Source: Macrostomum lignano
Taxonomy: Eukaryota
Reading direction: 5' to 3'
NCBI GenBank assembly: GCA_002269645.1
Contig: NIVC01002177.1
Location: 1-64,000, forward strand
DNA length: 64,000 bases
The notes beneath the pieces are model-generated. The model worked only from the letters and a program-made list of their open reading frames with translations. It had not been told where the DNA came from and made no database searches. This document shows, piece by piece, positions 57,901-64,000 of the stretch. Position 1 is the stretch's first letter. The number at the start of each line of letters is the position of its first letter. The translations under genes were made by a program, and so were the position numbers.

Positions 57901-60900
57901 TGTTAATTTCAGTGAGCATTTCTGGTTTTTATATATGTATTTTAAAGAACACACCCAAAGTGATACAATTGTTATAAAATAACATATAAAGATGCAAGCG
58001 CACATGAAGACAGTATTAAGTTTTTAATCTGAACTGTTTGAGACACACAGAACTGACGGACACTGACGACAGAGCACTGCATGTCGGATTTCTCTGGCAT
58101 CACATTCCAGAGAAAATAGTTGCAGTCACGTGACTGCCGATTACTTACTTTCGCGGCGAGCTAAAATTAACAAAAGCAGTTACTTAGATTTAAAAAACCT
58201 AATTCTTTATTAAATTATAATAAAGACACTTTTGAACGGTGTCGCAAGCAGCCTTAACTCGCTGCGTACTAACCGCGGCCAATTCAACTTAACCTGAGCA
58301 GTGCCGATTGTTTACTGCGCTGATCAACTGAACCCGGCGTCATGTCACAACATGATTTACAACATTTCATAATCCGGTTAGTGTTAGGCCAAACCGTGCC
58401 TAATTAACGGTGATTTCTAAGAATTTCTGAGATTATAACAAAAAACTCAAGCAAATTGCGAATCAAATGCGCGGGCATGCAAAACACAGTGAAACACCAA
58501 AAATTTACGCCTTCTAAAACTCTCATGGAATCAAAATAATGGAGTAATAATTTAATTTTGTTTCAAGCATTGACAATCGAAAATTGATTTTTTCATGCGG
58601 TGAAATTTCTATATACTACTATTGATCACGTGACCGACTTTGCACAGCTCGCAATTTACCCATAGCGAATATCTCGTCTCCATCGTGCCTGTCTGACTCT
58701 GCTGGAATATTTATACACTTTTCATATGTTTTGGGGCTGGGGTAAATGTTTTCTTTCATCATGCAATGTCCACAACTTCTCTATTATGTTGCGGGTAAAT
58801 GTTTTCTTTCATCATGCAATGTCCACAACTTCTCTATTATGTTGCGGGTAAATGTTTTCTTTCATCATGCAATGTCCACAACTTCTCTATTATGTTGCGG
58901 GTAAATGTTTTCTTTCATCATGCAATGTCCACAACTTCTCTATTATGTTGCGCGATTCAAGCCCATGAGGGCCAACCCACAGGGCACAGAGAGTGTACAT
59001 CACGACTGACGATTGGAAAGTCGGGACTGCTGAACACCCTGTGTGAGCGTGTGCTCAGGGATCCTCTTGTAGGCTCCCATCGACTAACTAATTAACTTGG
59101 TTTGAAGCTTCGATAGAAACTTGGTTAGAACCTCCAAATGCTCGTTTCTGGCGCCACCGATCCCCATTTCTGGCGCCACCGATCCCCATTTCTGGCATCA
59201 CCGATCCCCATTTCTGGCGCCACCGATCCCCATTTCTGGCGCCACCGATCCCCATTTCTGGCATCACCGATCCCCATTTCTGGCATCACCGATCCCCATT
59301 TCTGGCGCCACCGATCCCCATTTCTGGCATCACCGATCCCCATTTCTGGCATCACCGATCCCTATTTCTGGCGCCACCGATCCCTATTTCTGGCGCCACC
59401 GATCCCCATTTCTGGCGCCACCGATCACCATTTCTGACGCCACCGATCACCGTCTGGCGCCACTGATCCCCATTTCTATCGTAGCGCCACCGATCCCCAT
59501 TTTTTATCGTGGCGCCACCGATCCCCATTTCTGGCGCCACTGATCCCCATTTCTGGCGCCACCGATCCCCATTTCTGGCGCCACCAATCTCCATTCTGGC
59601 GCCACCGATCCTCATTTCTGGCGCCACCAATCTCCATTCTGGCGCCACCGATTCCCATTCTGGCGCCACCAATCTCCATTCTGGCGCCACCGATCACCGT
59701 CTGGCGCCACCGATCCCCATTCTGGCGCCACCGATCCCCATTCTGGCGCCACCGATCCCGGTTTAGCGCCACTCTCCTCTAACATCTAACTGACCCTTAA
59801 TGCCCCCATCGAAAACATGGCACAGACTCGGCAGGTAAAAAAATAAACTTGCCATTATCAAGAACTCTAAAAATCGATAGTACATTAATTTAGTTTTTTA
59901 ATTGTTGTCTGTAAAGCTAAAACAACAAAACGCTCACCTTCGCCCTCCTTTTCAACCTTCTTGCGCTTGATTCGCTTGCGATAGACTTTAGTCAAGTACT
60001 CAGTGAACTTGTTGCCTTCGCCAAGGCTTTCCTTGAAAGTGTCGAATAGCAGTCGATCTTTCTCTTGCACTCGCTCGATATCCTTCTTCTTTGATTCAAT
60101 CTTGGATGTGCATTCGACCACCTGTTCAAGGGGTTGTGTTAAGACATTAATAGTTACGCTCGTAGACGGAGACATCGCCAGTTAGACAACTATCACAAGT
60201 TATAGACATCGTTAGTACGTCAGAGATATCTCCAGTCAGACAGAGACATCTTCAGTCAGACAGAGACATCTCCAGTCAGACAGAGACATCTTCAGTCAGA
60301 CAGAGACATCTCCAGTCAGACAGAGACATCTCCAGTCAGACAGAGACATCTCCAGTCAGTCAGAGACATCTCCAGTCAGTCAGAGACATCTCCAGTCAGT
60401 CAGAGACATCGCCGGTCAGTCAGAGACATCTCCAGTCAGACAGAGACATCTCCAGTCAGACAGAGACATATGCAGTCAGACAGAGACATCTCCAGTCAGT
60501 CAGAGACATCTCCAGTCAGACAGAGACATCCCCGGTCAGTCAGAGACATCTCCAGTCAGTCAGAGACATTTCCAGTCAGTCAGAGACATCGCCGGTCAGT
60601 CAGAGACATCGCCGATTAGTCAGAGACATCACCAGTCAGTCAGAGACATCGCCGGTCAGTCAGAGACATCACCAGTCAGTCAGAGACATCTCCAGTCAGT
60701 CAGAGACATCGCCGGTCAGTCAGAGACATCTCCAGTCAGTCAGAGACATCGCCGATCAGTCAGAGACATCACCAGTCAGTCAGAGACATCGCCGGTCAGT
60801 CAGAGACATCTCCAGTCAGTCAGAGACATACCAATGGATAGCGCAGCGCAGCCTCACCTTATTCTGCACGTCGATCTTTTCCTCGCCCCTCTGCTCCACC

Positions 60901-63287
60901 CGGTTAGCCAGGGTGCTCTCTGAGATCTCGAACTGCTGCAGCAGCTGAAACTCCTCAAACAGGGTGATTTGGCGCAGTTCGGCCCGCTTTAGCTTGGCGT
61001 CCAAGTCGAACTTCTCGTGCCGAAGCAGGCGAACTTCGCAATCAAAGTTGCGCACCGCAGACTGAAATTCGCGCAACAGTAGATTTTGCGCATACAAATT
61101 GCGCAGATTTTCAGCTGCCAGGCGCTCCGATTGCAGTTCGGAGAGCGCCGAGGTCGACTTGTCGGCGCCAGCTACCGAGGCGGCGTCGGCGGCGTCCGTC
61201 AGCTGCGACGAGGAGGCGCCCGGAGCGCCACCTGGCGGCGCTAGGCTGCTGATTCCGGCTGCCTGATGACGGATAATTTAGGTCAACATTGGCTTTAAAG
61301 TGCAATTATGAGATGGATAATCTTCATTGGGTCTATGTTTTCAGCTTCAAGATTTGAGATTGACGATGTCGATTTGATCTCAATTGTTTATCAGGTTGCA
61401 AAGAGCACTCGTTGTAAAATGATTTGAGAAAAATAAACGTATAGTAAAATAGAAGGACAGTCAATAAACAATACAAATACGAAGAATATCCCCGTATTTT
61501 AAACTGGTGTGCATTTCAGACAGACAACAGAAAATCCAGTGCAACCCCATAGAAGATGCACAACAAGATAGACCAGAAAATATTTATCAACTCTCAGAAA
61601 AGTTTTGGAATAGTTCGAGTTTAAATGAAAGCTTTATTTCAAAACTGAAACACTAGCTCAAAACTTTAGCCCTCAGGTGCTTGGTGGTCAGAATCGCGAT
61701 GGTGCGCCACAAAGCTTTCATAGTTTTCACAACAGCACCGAGTTCGGTTTCAAATTAGCAGTACAAACCCGCTTCTTCCGAGCACGCGCAGCGGCGGCCT
61801 AAAAACGACAATATTTTTCGCTTTTTTAGGTTGAAATGCTTGTATAAAAAAGCATAGGCCAGGCAGTCCGGCAAGGTTAAAACAAGGCGAACACACAGGT
61901 AACAAGCAGCACAAGCCATACACAGGTTTACATGACGGTCATGACACAAATAATTGCAACGAACAATTTGCACATAGCGGGTCTCATGACATTCAAGAAT
62001 TAAAATAGTTTGTGCGAAAAACTTTGCGCACTTACGCTAGGTAGCTACATGTATTTTCAAAGCTAAAGCTCTATTTGCATTGCTGATGTTGTTAGTTTAA
62101 AAAATGCGATGGAATAAAAAACTAAGAGAAATATTAATAAAATCCGGCTACTGTGAGAAGCGAAAATACTTCTTCACAAAGTAAGTTTATATTAGGATCC
62201 GTAAATTAGGAAAATCCGGAAAATTTCCGGCTTTACTAAAACGTAAAGTGAATCAGCTTAAATATTTTTAGCCAGAAGCTCTGTTTTTTATAGCTAAATA
62301 GATAGAAGTAGAATTATTTACAAATTAGTATTTAATTTGTGCTATTTACTTTTTCTGAGCATTTCGTTATAATGTACTAATTCTTGAAACTAGATGTGTG
62401 CATGGTGATGTTATACTGTGACTTTACTAAACAGCACTAATTTCTTAACTTGCACATCACCTTTTCGTTATCCTGGAATTTAGAAACAAATAGTATTTGA
62501 AGTTAAAAAGGACTCCTCAGTATTTACTTACGGCAATTCAATGGTGTTAATAAAGGTTTGTCGGCAAAAAACAAAAGTTAAACTTAAAATCTGACGAGTG
62601 GCACAAAATTTAATAACCATCAAATTGTGAAAAAAAATTCTAACCTTTTTAAACGCCGAAAAGCCTTGATCGTCTTCGCCCGTGACCGCAACCGCCGCTT
62701 TGGCCTCCATCTCCGCCTTGAATTCCATCAGAGTCTCCTGTGTGTATTCGTATTTCCTGCGGGCGACGCCAGTTTAAAATATGGCTTCAGTCCGCTGTTC
62801 TCTACTCTTAGTAGCGAAATTGAGACGTTCTGATCAGAAAATGAACAATCATGCGGCGCTGTCATTGAGGGTGCTGTTTTTATGTGCTGCTACCCTTGGG
62901 ATACTGTTTTTTACGAGGTGCTGACTTTGGGATGTGCTGTTTTTATGCAGTGCTGTCTCTGGGGTGCTGTTTTTTTGAGGCGCCATTCCTTCAGAAGCGC
63001 CTCTGGATCCACCCCTGCTGGATGTGTTTACTTCATGCTACACAATGACAACGCCAGGCCCTAAACTCACTTCTCCGGAGTCTCTGTTGAGTGCATAGTC
63101 AGTTTTGGCGGCAGCGGCTTGCGGTCGTCAGGACGCAAGCGCAGCTGAATGGCTTCGAGCTGTTGCAGCTTGGCGTTGAGCTCCTGGACCAGCTGCTTCT
63201 TGCGATCGCGTAGGGCAACAAGACGCCGGTTGAAGTCGCACTTGTGCTGGTAAGCCTGAGTGATGTCAATGTTGGTTTGGTTATAAA
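51973..63287 (-). CDS. CFAP44: Cilia- and flagella-associated protein 44 (WDR52), C-terminal coiled-coil portion; gene continues beyond the window
   Basis: Eight phase-consistent GT-AG exons: 63287-63071, 62756-62645, 61262-60858, 60121-59938, 57298-56964, 56022-55636, 54507-54373, 52149-51973. Motifs DICPAGCDQNLY..LREKRLDLEE, VVLRLHQI, KFGKVEDIEKLE, YQGAREAD, LKEEIGMLSRKGGHILPP match the CFAP44 C-terminus as I recall it. Confidence 0.92.
52273..53762. repeat. 41-bp minisatellite (AAACTGAAGGATCAGGGCGGGTGTACATGTAGGTGGCACCC), about 36 copies, in the last CFAP44 intron
   Basis: Highly homogeneous tandem periodicity. Confidence 0.96.
54583..55585. repeat. 17-bp minisatellite (TGATCATGAGAACCCTA), in a CFAP44 intron
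   Basis: Tandem periodicity, roughly 58 copies. Confidence 0.95.
56076..56930. repeat. About 42-bp degenerate minisatellite (GGGAGTGAGGTGGGTGTCTCGTTGGGGCTAGG...) interrupted by a MITE
   Basis: Units at 56076-56261 and 56855-56930. Confidence 0.8.
56262..56854. mobile_element. 593-bp MITE with about 40-bp TIRs and 9-10-bp TSD (Mutator-like)
   Basis: GGGGGTGCTTTCACAAGGTCGAAATTTCATAACGTCGAAAA ... TTTTCGACGTTGTGAAATTTCAAGTTTGTGAAACCCCC; CTCGTTGGGG is duplicated at 56252-56261 and 56855-56864. Confidence 0.85.
57421..57597. mobile_element. 177-bp element with perfect 18-bp inverted termini (possible MITE)
   Basis: AAACACTAGATGGGCCGA (57421-57438) / TCGGCCCATCTAGTGTTT (57580-57597); no TSD resolved. 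Confidence 0.55.
58741..58952. repeat. 53-bp tandem repeat, 4 copies
   Basis: GGTAAATGTTTTCTTTCATCATGCAATGTCCACAACTTCTCTATTATGTTGCG repeated four times. Confidence 0.95.
58960..59065 (+). mobile_element. Diverged, headless member of the SINE family (central core only)
   Basis: CCCATGAGGGCCAACCCACAGGGCACAGAGAGTGTACAT...CTGCTGAACACCCTGTGTGAGCGTGTGCTCAGGG aligns to the core of both SINE copies. Confidence 0.6.
59147..59762. repeat. 22-bp minisatellite (TGGCGCCACCGATCCCCATTTC), in a CFAP44 intron
   Basis: Tandem periodicity. Confidence 0.94.
60225..60830. repeat. 20-bp minisatellite (CAGTCAGACAGAGACATCTC), in a CFAP44 intron
   Basis: Tandem periodicity, about 30 copies. Confidence 0.95.
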
Positions 63288-63685
63288 CTAATGTCAATTT
63301 TGATTAGAGACGTGTGCTCAATGCAGACGACATCGTGTGATCTTAATGTCGAAGAGGGTAGGAAAAAAGTGAATACGAAAAATATGCTTGCTAAAAATTC
63401 AATCATTTTTTGTCATGGTGAATTCTCTAAATCGAATGCCGAACCGCTGTGAAAGTTTTGTTTGGATGAAGTGCATTTACACGACGTAATTATAATTTAC
63501 CTGACCCTCAAGGTCGAGGGCTATTTTGTGTATCCGAAGAGCCGGAGTATGGAACTACATGTAAAGACATGTTATCTTGTTAGATACGTTTGTGTTAAGT
63601 TGCAACTGGATGGATGCAGTTTCTTTAGTACTTTCGTTACCCATTGCTTCTTCCAGGCCACACAGACAGTCAGCTATATGTACCT

Positions 63686-64000
63686 ACCCATCTAGGCCAC
63701 AGAGTCACCCACTCCCATCCAGGCCACAGAGCCACCCACCCTCATCCAGGCCACAGAGCCACCCACCCCTATCTAGGCCACAGAGCCACCCACCCCTATC
63801 TAGGCCACAGAGCCACCCACCCCTATCCAGGCCACAGAGCCACCCACCCCTATCTAGGCCACAGAGTCACCCACCCCTATCTAGGCCACAGAGCCACCCA
63901 CCCCTATCTAGGCCACAGAGTCACCCACCCCTATCTAGGCCACAGAGCCACCCACCCCTATCTAGGCCACAGAGCCACCCACCCCTATCTAGGCCATAGA
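63686..64000. repeat. 27-bp minisatellite (TCTAGGCCACAGAGCCACCCACCCCTA), running off the window
   Basis: Tandem periodicity. Confidence 0.94.

Noticed and set aside
3729-64000. Other repetitive ORFs (MHTILDCS, IPPEDPEGILA, RRGFTRRD, SSSFLRK, LSPLLSYL, GPVSQILSCW, VRSQPTH, APPIPISG, SRPQSHPP)
   Set aside because: Each coincides exactly with a tandem array, mostly intronic; there is no splice or homology support.

Overview
Eukaryotic (metazoan) genomic DNA. GC-rich, polyQ/polyA-rich exons sit in AT-rich spacers, and about 14 kb (roughly 22%) is taken up by about 21 different minisatellite arrays, mostly intronic. This style resembles the flatworm Macrostomum, which is an inference only. Host genes reconstructed by hand from GT-AG boundaries and frame continuity are: an unknown coiled-coil gene (-), CACUL1 (+), engrailed (+, 4 exons), naked cuticle (-), KLHDC3 (-), an orphan two-TM protein (+) and the 3' part of CFAP44 (-, running out of the window). 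Mobile DNA includes a complete 4.9-kb Ty3/gypsy LTR element (193-bp LTRs, 4-bp TSD), a 5'-truncated Ngaro/DIRS-type tyrosine-recombinase retroelement, a tRNA-derived SINE family (3 copies), several MITE-like elements and a nested foldback. The most notable observations are: (i) the apparently continuous gypsy gag-pol ORF hides two CCHC zinc knuckles and a GGGAAAC-plus-pseudoknot -1 frameshift signal in another frame; (ii) engrailed and naked cuticle are convergent neighbours; (iii) nine unrelated minisatellites share a TGAGG core, always on the + strand; (iv) a 45-bp satellite appears to derive from a dispersed repeat; (v) KLHDC3 has a stop-free, in-frame 504-nt intron. All alignments and counts were done by eye, with no database searches, so repeat boundaries are approximate.
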